The notes beneath the pieces were generated by a model, which had not been told where the DNA came from, ran no database searches, and saw nothing but the letters and a program-made list of their open reading frames with translations. A program made the position numbers and the translations under genes. This document shows positions 10,462-19,555 of a stretch of DNA of 44,902 bases, one piece after another (within the stretch, counting starts at the first letter, position 1; each line of letters begins with the position of its first letter). The stretch is taken from assembly GCA_020024055.1 (NCBI GenBank), contig JAHHUI010000001.1, positions 1 to 44,902 of the forward strand, in the 5' to 3' direction. Source of the stretch: Spirochaetaceae bacterium. Its GTDB lineage: Bacteria; Spirochaetota; Spirochaetia; WRBN01.

Positions 10462-10854
10462 ATGTTGAAGTATGCCAAAATTTTATGCTGACTATCCTTG
10501 CTATGCTATCTGCCTGTAAAGAGCTCCTCAGCGTAATCATAACCAAACCACAATGCCAGAATATTCTGAAATTTCATCTTCTGTACCAACAGACCCTAAT
10601 AATCTTAATGGAGTGGTATGAGAAGGAAAAACGGATTATGGCTTGTATGTAGTGAGTTTTTTAAAAAAATTACTGATACCAGCGTAGTCTATTATACAGG
10701 GTTGTCTGAAAATCTGGCAATGGCCAGAGCCTATGCCTTTATGTCATATCCCCAGCACACAGAAATTAAAAGTGACACTGTGATTGTTATATTTATGTAT
10801 GGGCAATTTGTTTACGATTTTCGCATTATCAACGAAAATGAAAAGCACAAATAG
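10462..10854 (+). pseudogene. Frameshifted lipoprotein gene (family B-like)
   Basis: MLKYAKIL / MLTILAMLSAC|KE (lipobox) / ..PTDPNNLNGVVWEGKTDYGLYVVSF / KKITDTSVVYYTGLSENLAMARAYAF...INENEKHK*. At least 3 frames are needed. Only the last segment appears in the ORF track (10618..10854). Confidence 0.55.
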
Positions 10855-10963
10855 TTGGGGTTTATGAACTTTCCTATTCCGCTGAAAAGAATGCAATAAT
10901 TCAATATTTACACCCTTTCTTGCTTGATAAAAGGAAGGGTAGTAAAGCCTTCTTTTGATTAAT

Positions 10964-11860
10964 TTACACGTCAATATTCCATAAAGTCTTGGACAAAATA
11001 CCAATAATGAAACTGACCCCAGCCACACCCAAACTGATCACAGCCATTTCCAGGAATCTGGGCCACAAGGGTGTGCTCTGCACCACAGCCATATAATAAT
11101 TAAACATGAGGATAATCAGCAGCACGGCGCACACCACCATGGCCAGCGCAAGATAGACCTGATGCGGCATCAGGATATAAGGTGCAATGAGCAGCAAAAC
11201 AACAATAATATAGGCAGCCCCGGTAAAAACGCTTGCCGTGATGGCATCTGGCCGGCCTTCCGATTTCAAAGACAAATATTCACTGGCAGCCATAGACAGC
11301 GAAGCAGCCACTCCTGTAATAAAACCGGTGATGGCAATCAGTTTAGCATCCTGATAGGCAAAAGTGAAACCGGCCAAGCTGCCTATCATCTCCACCAGGG
11401 CATCATTCAGACCCAAGACAATAGAACCGACAAAACGCAGAGCTTCTCTGTCCACCAGGCTGAGAATCTCGCTTTCATGCCTATGTTCATCCTGCATAAT
11501 CACCAGCTCCACTTCGGGAATCACAGGGGCCAGCAAGGCAAGATTTTTTTCCGTGAAAAGTGCATCTGCCCTTTTCTCCATCCATTTCAGCATGAAAACA
11601 TAACCCACAATAAAAGTGAACAGTGAACCAAAAAACACGGCGAAATAATTAGGGGCCACATCTTGTCCAGAATATTTTTTCCAAATATTGTAATGTTTAA
11701 GCTCTTCTTCCGCGATGCCCAAAATCATGTCCCGATTTTCTTTTTTTCTGCGCGCTTTTTTTGCAACGGCTAAATATAAATAGCGCTCTGTAATTTCCAT
11801 GCGCTGAAATTTGATCAAGCATTTCATCTGCTGCTTTGAAAATTGTGTTTCCGCTGCCAT
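10964..11860 (-). CDS. VIT1/CCC1-family iron/manganese transporter with N-terminal ferritin-like (rubrerythrin-type) domain
   Basis: EELKHYNIW and DEHRHESE ferritin-like pairs, then GLNDALVEMIGSLAGF and several TM helices. The start is set at M26 (ATG 11858-11860), downstream of the rlmE stop. Confidence 0.75.
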   Translation of the reverse strand: MAAETQFSKQQMKCLIKFQRMEITERYLYLAVAKKARRKKENRDMILGIAEEELKHYNIWKKYSGQDVAPNYFAVFFGSLFTFIVGYVFMLKWMEKRADALFTEKNLALLAPVIPEVELVIMQDEHRHESEILSLVDREALRFVGSIVLGLNDALVEMIGSLAGFTFAYQDAKLIAITGFITGVAASLSMAASEYLSLKSEGRPDAITASVFTGAAYIIVVLLLIAPYILMPHQVYLALAMVVCAVLLIILMFNYYMAVVQSTPLWPRFLEMAVISLGVAGVSFIIGILSKTLWNIDV

Positions 11861-11885
11861 ATTTTCACCCCCATTTTTATTGAAA

Positions 11886-12470
11886 TTACTTTTTATTATA
11901 TTGTAATGCAACAATATAAAATTCCATTGATTCATTGCGTATGGCTTTGGGACGCACAGCTTTCACCTGATGAAAATACTGCCCCAGCTGCGCCATAAAT
12001 TCTCTTTCATCTCCATGTTCAAAAATTTTGGCCATGAAATGTCCGCCGTTGGACAGCAATTTTTGCGCAATGGCCCAAGCCTGCCGCACCAAGGCCAGGC
12101 TACGCGCACAGTCTGTCAGCCTGTCTCCTGTGGTCGAAGGGGCTGCATCGCTGACGACGAGGGCAAACGGACCACAGGGCTGAATCCTCTCTAAAACAGC
12201 TTTTTGTGTAAAATCACCTTGAATTTCCAGGATATGCGGATGGCTGATTTCCAATTTTTTTAAATCACAAGAGACCACATCACATTGACATTTTTTGGCC
12301 AGATATAAACTGAAGCCGCCCGGGGCGGCTCCTAAATCAAGCACTTTATCTCCTGATTTTACAAGAGGATACTTTTGCAGTATCTCTTCTAATTTGAAGA
12401 CACTTCGGGCAGGATATCCTTGCTTTTTCGCCAAGGCCGCCCAGTGATCATTCTGGCTGCGCTTAGCCAT
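11886..12470 (-). CDS. rlmE: 23S rRNA (uridine-2'-O)-methyltransferase RlmE/FtsJ
   Basis: RSVFKLEEI, VLDLGAAPGGFS, and VVSDAAP..TG. Confidence 0.85.
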   Translation of the reverse strand: MAKRSQNDHWAALAKKQGYPARSVFKLEEILQKYPLVKSGDKVLDLGAAPGGFSLYLAKKCQCDVVSCDLKKLEISHPHILEIQGDFTQKAVLERIQPCGPFALVVSDAAPSTTGDRLTDCARSLALVRQAWAIAQKLLSNGGHFMAKIFEHGDEREFMAQLGQYFHQVKAVRPKAIRNESMEFYIVALQYNKK

Positions 12471-13767
12471 GAATCATCTTCCGTATATGCAAAATTGCTG
12501 CCCCGACATCGGCGGCTGGAATATTTTCCCGGCTGGCAAGATCGCGCAGAATAAATCCTTCTTTTTCTTTATAAAAGACACCCACACGCGCACCCAAACT
12601 TTGCGCATAGCGAAATTGCTGATCCAGTTTTTTATCATCGGGGAAACAGGCTACTTTGATACCCCGGGCCTGTAAGGCCAGCTGAAGCCGACGCTGGCTT
12701 TGCATATCCTGTGCATATATCAATACCACATCTGCAGCCGATATCTGGGGCAAAGCCCCCTGTATTTCTTCCAGGGCAGCCAGCAGTCGATCCAGGCCGA
12801 CACTGCCGCCGATGCCAGAGATTTCCTCATTGCTGTACAGGCCCACTAAATTATCATATCGCCCGCCCGAACACACGCTGCCGATTTCACTCATATCTTC
12901 TAAAAATGTCTCGAAAACAATGCCTGTGTAATAGTCCAGACCACGCGTGATGCAAGGATCTAAAAGATAAAAACCACCCAGTCCTAAGGCATTCAGCTGC
13001 TCAAAGATCTGCTTTAAATCGCCCAGCGCCGGTGTATCCACTCTCTGCTCTTCAAACAGGGTCTGCAAATGCTGCAGGGCCTGTTCGCTATTGCCCTGGG
13101 GTTGAACAAATCGCCACAGCAGATCAGCATGATTGGGAAGTATAGTGGCTAATTCACTTTGAGTTTTTTCCTTGCCCACTTTATGAATCTTGTCCAGAAT
13201 GCCTAAAACAGGCAAATATTGAGCCTCAAGATTCCAATGAGAAAGCAAATCCTTCAGCAGGCGCCGATGATTGATGTGGATTTTAAATTTCTGCACGCCC
13301 AAAGAGCGCAAAGCTGCCTGGGCCACCAGCAAAACATCTAAATCAGCCTGAATATTATGGCTGCCGACAATATCAAAATCACATTGATAAAATTCACGAT
13401 AGCGGCCTTTCTGGGGGTTTTCGCCTCGCCAGGCTTTGCCTATATGATAACGCCGAAAAGGCAGCCCAACCTCATGGCGATGCATGGCCAAAAAACGTGC
13501 AAAGGGTACTGTTAAATCAAAGCGCATAGCCACATCGCGCCCGCCGGCATCTTCAAAACGAAAAATCTGTTTTTCTGTTTCCCCGGCGCTTTTGCTCAGC
13601 AATACATCTGTATATTCCAATGTCGGGGTATCAATAGACTGATACCCAAAAAGCTGGAACACATCCTGCAAAGTCCGCATGGCTTTTTCTCTTTGACATG
13701 CCGGCTGGGGTAAAATATCACGAAAGCCTTTCACCAGCCTGGCCTTGGTTTGCCGTTTATCCGCCAC
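12463..13767 (-). CDS. hisS: Histidine--tRNA ligase
   Basis: Class II aaRS motifs: GFRDILP, RYHIGKAWRGENPQKGRYREFYQCDFD, CSGGRYDNLV, and a C-terminal anticodon-binding domain. Confidence 0.93.
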   Translation of the reverse strand: MADKRQTKARLVKGFRDILPQPACQREKAMRTLQDVFQLFGYQSIDTPTLEYTDVLLSKSAGETEKQIFRFEDAGGRDVAMRFDLTVPFARFLAMHRHEVGLPFRRYHIGKAWRGENPQKGRYREFYQCDFDIVGSHNIQADLDVLLVAQAALRSLGVQKFKIHINHRRLLKDLLSHWNLEAQYLPVLGILDKIHKVGKEKTQSELATILPNHADLLWRFVQPQGNSEQALQHLQTLFEEQRVDTPALGDLKQIFEQLNALGLGGFYLLDPCITRGLDYYTGIVFETFLEDMSEIGSVCSGGRYDNLVGLYSNEEISGIGGSVGLDRLLAALEEIQGALPQISAADVVLIYAQDMQSQRRLQLALQARGIKVACFPDDKKLDQQFRYAQSLGARVGVFYKEKEGFILRDLASRENIPAADVGAAILHIRKMIHG

Positions 13768-13817
13768 AGGCGCCCCCTCTTTTTGCCATTGATGGGAAAA
13801 TTATATCATAAATATAT

Positions 13818-14840
13818 TTAAGAATCTTTATCATCCAGAAAATCAACAAAAAAGTCACGCACAGCCTCGGGGGTAGATGTGGTGAAAAACCCTGCCGCCT
13901 TGGCATGGCCGCCACCCCCAAAATGCCCAGCCAGTCGACCCACATCCACATCATTCCTGCTGCGCAGCCCCACACTATAGCCATCATCCTTACGGCGCAT
14001 AATCATCACCACTTCCACATTTTCCACACTTAACAAGAGGCGATAAATGCTGGCAGCGTCACGATCAATAGATGCATCCCAATTCCCTTCCACAATCATA
14101 ATCAGACGATTTTGTGCATAAGCCTGGCACCCGGCAATCAGTTTTCCCGTATATTGACGGCTGGCCAGACTAAAACGGCCCTCCATTTTTTCATACAGCT
14201 GCTCGATAGAAATGCCGCAGGCCAGCATTTCACCCACATCATTCATATAGGGCGCTGCCTTGGGCGAAAGATGGCGAAAAAAACCCGTATCTGCACAAAA
14301 GCCCAGCATCAGCCATTCCACTTCTTCTTTTGTGGGAACATGATTCATAGATTTCATCAGACGATAGATAAGCAATGTTGCCGCAGGAGACTGCGCATCA
14401 ATATAGCCAGAGAGGCTACCCTCTTCCACACAGGCATGATGATCAATCGCCACACAGGCACAGGGCATATTGCCAAAACCCGTGCGCGACAAAGAGGCAC
14501 AGTCTACTAAAATGACACCTGCATCGTCACGATTCAAGCGATCTAAAGGCACATGGGATTGAAATAAAGGTTCCAGGTGGCGCACATCATTGCGCGAAAA
14601 TGGCCCCCAAGACGAGAGCACAACATCTTTTCCTAAACGTTTGAGAAATGAAGCAAGTGCCAGCTGAGAACATAAACAGTCTAAATCAGGGCCTTCATGG
14701 CCTATCACACAAAAAAATTGACGTGTATTGATAAAATCAATAACACGTCCACATTCTTTAGAAAACAAATTGCTTCTTTTCCTTTTTATCCTTGCTGGGA
14801 AAATCATTGTCCCAATAGCGCTCACCCACCGGTGCTCCAT
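13818..14840 (-). CDS. DHH/DHHA1 phosphoesterase (NrnA-like oligoribonuclease / pAp phosphatase); start uncertain
   Basis: HEGPDLDCLCS, VAIDHHAC, and the DHHA1 motif GGGGHAKAAG. The track start overlaps the upstream gene by 83 nt, so an in-frame TTG near 14767-14769 or the ATG at 14807 is possible. Confidence 0.8.
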   Translation of the reverse strand: MEHRWVSAIGTMIFPARIKRKRSNLFSKECGRVIDFINTRQFFCVIGHEGPDLDCLCSQLALASFLKRLGKDVVLSSWGPFSRNDVRHLEPLFQSHVPLDRLNRDDAGVILVDCASLSRTGFGNMPCACVAIDHHACVEEGSLSGYIDAQSPAATLLIYRLMKSMNHVPTKEEVEWLMLGFCADTGFFRHLSPKAAPYMNDVGEMLACGISIEQLYEKMEGRFSLASRQYTGKLIAGCQAYAQNRLIMIVEGNWDASIDRDAASIYRLLLSVENVEVVMIMRRKDDGYSVGLRSRNDVDVGRLAGHFGGGGHAKAAGFFTTSTPEAVRDFFVDFLDDKDS

Positions 14841-15192
14841 AAGCGGGCAAGAGACCGTCTTTATTCAAGGTAATATCAATGCGCTTAATCTCGCCGTTCT
14901 TATAGAAAACAGACATCGTCGGGTTTTGCGGGCCGTTCACAAAATAAACAGATCCTGTTGTATTCCCTTCAAACCATGAATAGGGAAGAAATGCGCGGCG
15001 GCGCTGCCCATCCTGGCGAATATAATACACCACATATCCCTTTTTATGTTTACGCATATCATCGATATATGCAGTCTTCACATAGTATCTGTCTATTGTT
15101 TTAGGCTGGCTTTGATTATTCTGATTTTCCTGTGCAGAAATAGATGCAACACAGGCTAAAATCAACATAGATAACAGGATTAATTTTTTCAT
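14758..15192 (-). CDS. Secreted hypothetical protein
   Basis: The start is set at MKKLILLSMLILACVASISA|Q (ATG 15190-15192), which has a clear signal peptide. No known motif was recognised. Confidence 0.55.
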   Translation of the reverse strand: MKKLILLSMLILACVASISAQENQNNQSQPKTIDRYYVKTAYIDDMRKHKKGYVVYYIRQDGQRRRAFLPYSWFEGNTTGSVYFVNGPQNPTMSVFYKNGEIKRIDITLNKDGLLPAYGAPVGERYWDNDFPSKDKKEKKQFVF

Positions 15193-15398
15193 GGCACACA
15201 TCATATATACCCTTCGACATGCTGTCAATAAAATTTTACCTTTTTCATTCGGGCATATAATTATAAAGTCCAGCTGAATCATAACACAGATTTCCTCATT
15301 TTTTAATCAACCCTCTTGATTTTATATATCTAGGCAGGTAGAATCCACTTCTACGTGCTTTGGGGCATTATTAATTATTCTTTATAGGATAAGAAAAT

Positions 15399-16230
15399 AT
15401 GGTAAAAAAGTATTCATGTGTTTTTGTTTTGCCTGCCGCAATTTTCTCTTGTAAGTCCCCCTGCGGCAAAAAATATTGAGGTAGAACCCGATATATATAC
15501 TCAAGCCTATGTGGATAAGCATTTTCCGAGCTGGGATGTGGGCATAGTAGGATTTGAGGCAGAAAACGATTCTGTTTTCATTTCTCTTGTCGAGAAAAAA
15601 TATCTCGTTGAAACATTAGCGATCTTAAGAATATGAGTGAACACACACAAATTTGAAGAAAGGGCGATCAATTTGGCATGGGCAATTGACGGCACGATGT
15701 ACCCGTACACAAAGACAAGTCCCAGACTCCCGGCGGCCAATGGAACATCACCGATCAAATGCAGAGGCTTGATAAATATAGGGTTTGCATACGGTGAAGA
15801 GGATCGGCTATGACCTATGGATACATAAGAAAGCCTCTACGCAGCCTGTGCAGAACGCTTCTTCCGATCACGTGGTCTACTCTTATATGGATGTGACGAA
15901 TGACTATAAGATCGGGCAAAAGATCTGGCTGCACAATAAAGATTGGTCTAACGGCCAGCGGGGCAACAGGTCTTCCTAAGGACTATATTTCACGAGGCTA
16001 TGCATAACCTGGGATACCAGCACAACGGAAATCAGACTGGAAACTATAGACGCGATAACGTGCCGCACGTCTATAGTGAGAAAATGATGTCCCTTTATAA
16101 TACTCCCGAGGTTATGCAAAAATATGCTACTCAAATCAAGAAAATGAAAGCATTTTACTTGAAAAAGTATCAGTCGGTGATCACCGCTCCTATATTGTCA
16201 ATGCGGGATGGCCTGGCGATTGGCGCGTAG
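15399..16230 (+). pseudogene. Fragmented lipoprotein metzincin-type zinc metallopeptidase
   Basis: MVKKYSCVFVLPAAIFSC|K lipobox, then at least 3 frameshifts plus one in-frame TGA (15634-15636). The last fragment carries an exact HExxHxxGxxH motif (HEAMHNLGYQH) and a downstream Met-rich SEKMMSLY. The ORF track shows it as three separate short ORFs. Confidence 0.6.
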
Positions 16231-16338
16231 GCATGCCGAGAATAACACATTGAATCTGAAAGACTGTAAAACAACAGAGGTATTAATTTGAGCCCCTTGT
16301 GGGGGATTTTTATGAGCTTTTTTTGTAAATAGATCCCT

Positions 16339-17370
16339 TCATTTCTTTTGATTTTGTTGTAAATACCATCGCACTGTTTTTCTCAGGCCGCTTTTTAAAT
16401 CCTCCTGCGGCTGCCAGTTCAGTGTCGATGTCAATTTTGTATGATCAATCGCATAGCGTAGATCATGCCCGGGGCGATCGGCCACAAATGTCAGCAAATC
16501 CTGATAGCTGCCTTCTTTCCTTGGCCGAAGATTATCCAGCAAAGAACAAATAGTACGTGCCAGTGTCAAATTATCCAGCTCTTGATCCCCGCCAATATTA
16601 TAACTTTCGCCCATTTGGCCCTTCATAAAAATTGTCTCGATTGCACGGCAATGATCTTCCACATACAGCCAGTCGCGCACATTGGTTCCTGTTCCATAAA
16701 CAGGTATGCTCTGATTGGCCGTGGCCGTGCGGATAATGGTGGGGATAAATTTTTCCTGATGCTGCTTGGGCCCATAATTATTTGAACAATTTGAACGCAA
16801 AGTTGGCAGGCCATATGTGTGATGATAAGAGCGCACGAATAAATCTGCCGATGCCTTTGACGCAGAATAGGGTGAATTGGGCAAATAGGGGCTTTCTTCG
16901 GTGAAAAAACCCTCTTTACCCAAAGTACCATAAGTTTCGTCGGTGGAAATCTGATAAAAGCAGGCCTGCTCCTTACCCTTCTTCATGCGATGCGGAGCCT
17001 CCATCCATGCCTCTCGCGCGCATTCCAAAAGATTGAATGCGCCCCCTACATTGGTGCGAAGGAAAACCGAAGGCCCAGAAATGGAATTATCCACATGAGA
17101 CTCTGCGGCGAAATGGATCACGCTGTCAATGTCATAGCGCTGAAAAAGCTGTTGCATATGGGCCATATCATTAATATCAGCTTTCTCAAAAATATAATTG
17201 GGCGCATCCTTAACCTCATCCAAATAAGATAAATCAGACGCATAAGTCAAATTATCCACATTAATCACACGTATATGCGCATGGCGCGGAACAAAATAAC
17301 ACAGAAAATTGGCTCCGATGAAGCCGGCCCCCCCAGTCACTAAGAGATTTTTGCGAATGCCTGCTGACAT
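16339..17370 (-). CDS. rfbB: dTDP-glucose 4,6-dehydratase
   Basis: VTGGAGFIG, YSASKA (YxxxK), and ADRPGHDLRYAID. The start is set at the ATG at 17368-17370, preceded by AGGGGG. Confidence 0.9.
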   Translation of the reverse strand: MSAGIRKNLLVTGGAGFIGANFLCYFVPRHAHIRVINVDNLTYASDLSYLDEVKDAPNYIFEKADINDMAHMQQLFQRYDIDSVIHFAAESHVDNSISGPSVFLRTNVGGAFNLLECAREAWMEAPHRMKKGKEQACFYQISTDETYGTLGKEGFFTEESPYLPNSPYSASKASADLFVRSYHHTYGLPTLRSNCSNNYGPKQHQEKFIPTIIRTATANQSIPVYGTGTNVRDWLYVEDHCRAIETIFMKGQMGESYNIGGDQELDNLTLARTICSLLDNLRPRKEGSYQDLLTFVADRPGHDLRYAIDHTKLTSTLNWQPQEDLKSGLRKTVRWYLQQNQKK

Positions 17371-18197
17371 GAGATCACCCCCTGCATCCAATGATGTAAA
17401 TCTATACCAAATGTTTTCTTTACCTTATCTTTCGACAAAACACTTAAAGGCGGACGTTTTGCCTTTGTGGGATATTCTTCGCTACGGATGGGATGCACGC
17501 GGCAGCTGAATCCCTCCTGCTGCATAATGGCCCAGGCAAAATCGTACCACGAAGCCACCCCTTCATCGCCCAGATGATACACGCCACTGTGCTGCGGGCC
17601 AAACCGGGGCAAAATCTGCAGAACATATTCCACCAAATGCGGTGCATATGTGGGTGTGCCTATTTGATCATAGACAACATTGAGATCAGACTTCTGGGCA
17701 CCCAGGGCACGCATTGTGGCATAAAAATTGTGCCCCACAAATGAATAGAGCCAAGATGTGCGGCAGATAAGGCAATTTGCCCCGCTTTCCATCAATGCCT
17801 GCTCGCCTTGCAGTTTCGTCTTTCCATACACACTCAGCGGCTGGGCAATGTCCTCCTCGCCATAAGGGGCACAGGTATTTCCTGAAAAAACATAATCCGT
17901 GGAAAAATGCACCCCTGTAATGCCCAAGTCAGCACATATCTCGCCTAAATTTTTCGCCCCCTGAACATTCACAGCATATGCTGCTTTTTTCTCATCTTCT
18001 GCCTTTTCCACATTCGTATAGGCTGCACAGTTAATTACAGCTGTGGCCCCAGACTGCCTGACCAAAGAGCGCAAAAGCGACAAATTCAAAATATCTGCTT
18101 CTTTTTCAGCGGGGGCAAAAAAAGATATTGCCCTTTTTTGCAGGGCTTCTATGAATAATTGACCTAATTGTCCTTGTGTTCCCAATATGAAATACAT
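17340..18197 (-). CDS. rfbD: dTDP-4-dehydrorhamnose reductase
   Basis: ILGTQGQLG, AAYTNVEKAE, YGKTKLQGE, and RPPLSVL. The start is set at M22 (ATG 18195-18197). Confidence 0.85.
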   Translation of the reverse strand: MYFILGTQGQLGQLFIEALQKRAISFFAPAEKEADILNLSLLRSLVRQSGATAVINCAAYTNVEKAEDEKKAAYAVNVQGAKNLGEICADLGITGVHFSTDYVFSGNTCAPYGEEDIAQPLSVYGKTKLQGEQALMESGANCLICRTSWLYSFVGHNFYATMRALGAQKSDLNVVYDQIGTPTYAPHLVEYVLQILPRFGPQHSGVYHLGDEGVASWYDFAWAIMQQEGFSCRVHPIRSEEYPTKAKRPPLSVLSKDKVKKTFGIDLHHWMQGVISCQQAFAKIS

Positions 18198-18277
18198 AAA
18201 GTTTTCTCTTGCCCAAAGTATAGCAGGAGAGACAAAGAATTGTAAATAAAGGCCAGACATATTCCGATGCAGAAATT

Positions 18278-18616
18278 ATGACAATCTTTGAGAAAATGCT
18301 GAACAAAGAAATCCCAGCAAATATACTCTTTGAAGACGAAAATGTGCTGGCTATTCATGATATTGACCCCCAGGCGCCCGAGCATATTTTGCTCATTCCC
18401 AAAGAAACCGCCGCCGGGCTGAATGACATTGAAAATTGGAGCGACGAACAGGCCGGACGCTATTTAAAAACCGTAGTGAAAACAGCCAAACTTTTGGGCG
18501 TTGACAAAAGCGGATATCGCCTGGTGATCAATTCCGGACGCCATGGTGGGCAGACCGTGCCTTATTTACACATGCATATTTTGGCCGGGCGCCGCATGAA
18601 TTGGCCCCCAGGATAA
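18278..18616 (+). CDS. HIT family (Hint-like) nucleotide hydrolase
   Basis: The histidine triad HLHMHILAG and the typical N-terminus CIFEKM-like IFEKMLNKEIPA. Confidence 0.85.
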   Translation: MTIFEKMLNKEIPANILFEDENVLAIHDIDPQAPEHILLIPKETAAGLNDIENWSDEQAGRYLKTVVKTAKLLGVDKSGYRLVINSGRHGGQTVPYLHMHILAGRRMNWPPG

Positions 18617-18628
18617 AACTGATATAAC

Positions 18629-19555
18629 TTAGAAAAATTTCCTGATTTTCAAGGTCAGCATCATCAGAGTGGAAATAGCGGCAGAGATTCCGGCAATCAG
18701 CCAGAATGACAACGGATTTTCGCCATAAGGCACCGGCAATGCCACATTCATGCCAAAGAAACTGGCCACCACTGTGGGCATCATTAAAACCAAAGAAATC
18801 ACCGTCAGTCGCTTCATTGCCTGATTCACATTATTATTGGTCACGCTGGAAAATGCCGCAGCCATGCTGTGCAAAATATTCAGATAAATCTCACTGATTT
18901 CCACCGCCTCGCGCATTTCAATTGCCACATCATCCAATAATTCTTTTTCTTTTGCGCTCCAGCTCCAATTAGGCGATTTTTGAATTTTTTCCAGCAAAAT
19001 TTCATTGCTGCGCAGCGATGTTTTAAAATAATGCAAAGACTTCTCAATACGCATCAGATTCACCACTTCCTGATTGTGCACCGGGCCGTCCAGCTGCATC
19101 TCCAAATTGTCGGCAATATTCTTCAGCTCTTTCAAATAGCGCAGATATTCCATGCCCGCATGCAGCAGGATATTGAGCACAAAACAGGATAAATTAGGCG
19201 CATATAATATATCCCTGTTAAATATAGCCTGATCGAACATAGCAATATGCTCTTTGCAGACAGTGATGATAATGCCCGCATCATCCAGCAGAAAAGAGGA
19301 AAATGTGAGTGTGGTGTGTGTAAAATCCTTGCCCGGATGTGCATAAGGCAAACGCATAATCACCAGGCGGCCTTTAGTTGTTGTCAGGGTCTCATTGCGC
19401 GCCAGCTCGTCAGGGTCCATCGCATCAATAATCAAAGAGATTTCCAAATGATATCGCCCCGAGAGAAAGTTTACCTCTTCCAGGCTGGGATTCACCACAC
19501 GAACCCATGTATAATTGCGCGCGTCGCCAACGATTTCTTTTTCTTGAAATATCAT
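18629..19555 (-). CDS. corA: CorA-family magnesium/cobalt transporter
   Basis: A GMN motif (FFGMNV) between two C-terminal TM helices. The start is set at the ATG that forms an ATGA overlap with the upstream stop. Confidence 0.8.
   Translation of the reverse strand: MIFQEKEIVGDARNYTWVRVVNPSLEEVNFLSGRYHLEISLIIDAMDPDELARNETLTTTKGRLVIMRLPYAHPGKDFTHTTLTFSSFLLDDAGIIITVCKEHIAMFDQAIFNRDILYAPNLSCFVLNILLHAGMEYLRYLKELKNIADNLEMQLDGPVHNQEVVNLMRIEKSLHYFKTSLRSNEILLEKIQKSPNWSWSAKEKELLDDVAIEMREAVEISEIYLNILHSMAAAFSSVTNNNVNQAMKRLTVISLVLMMPTVVASFFGMNVALPVPYGENPLSFWLIAGISAAISTLMMLTLKIRKFF

Noticed and set aside
11162-11626. 154-aa plus-strand ORF
   Set aside because: It is antisense to the VIT1-family transporter gene and has no supporting signals.
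13757-13987. 76-aa minus-strand ORF spanning the hisS/DHH junction
   Set aside because: It is out of frame within the 3' end of the DHH gene, with a Trp/Met/Gly-rich improbable composition.
15634-15636. In-frame TGA in the metzincin-like gene as possible stop-codon recoding (alternative genetic code or selenocysteine)
   Set aside because: TGA clearly terminates other genes here (for example the GT4 gene at 22558-22560 and the capA-like gene). The same locus also carries several frameshifts, and no SECIS-like context was noticed. A pseudogene is the simpler reading.
16339-18197. rfbB-rfbD without rfbA/rfbC as an incomplete or novel deoxysugar pathway
   Set aside because: The missing genes may simply lie elsewhere in the genome. 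Nothing in the window indicates novelty.
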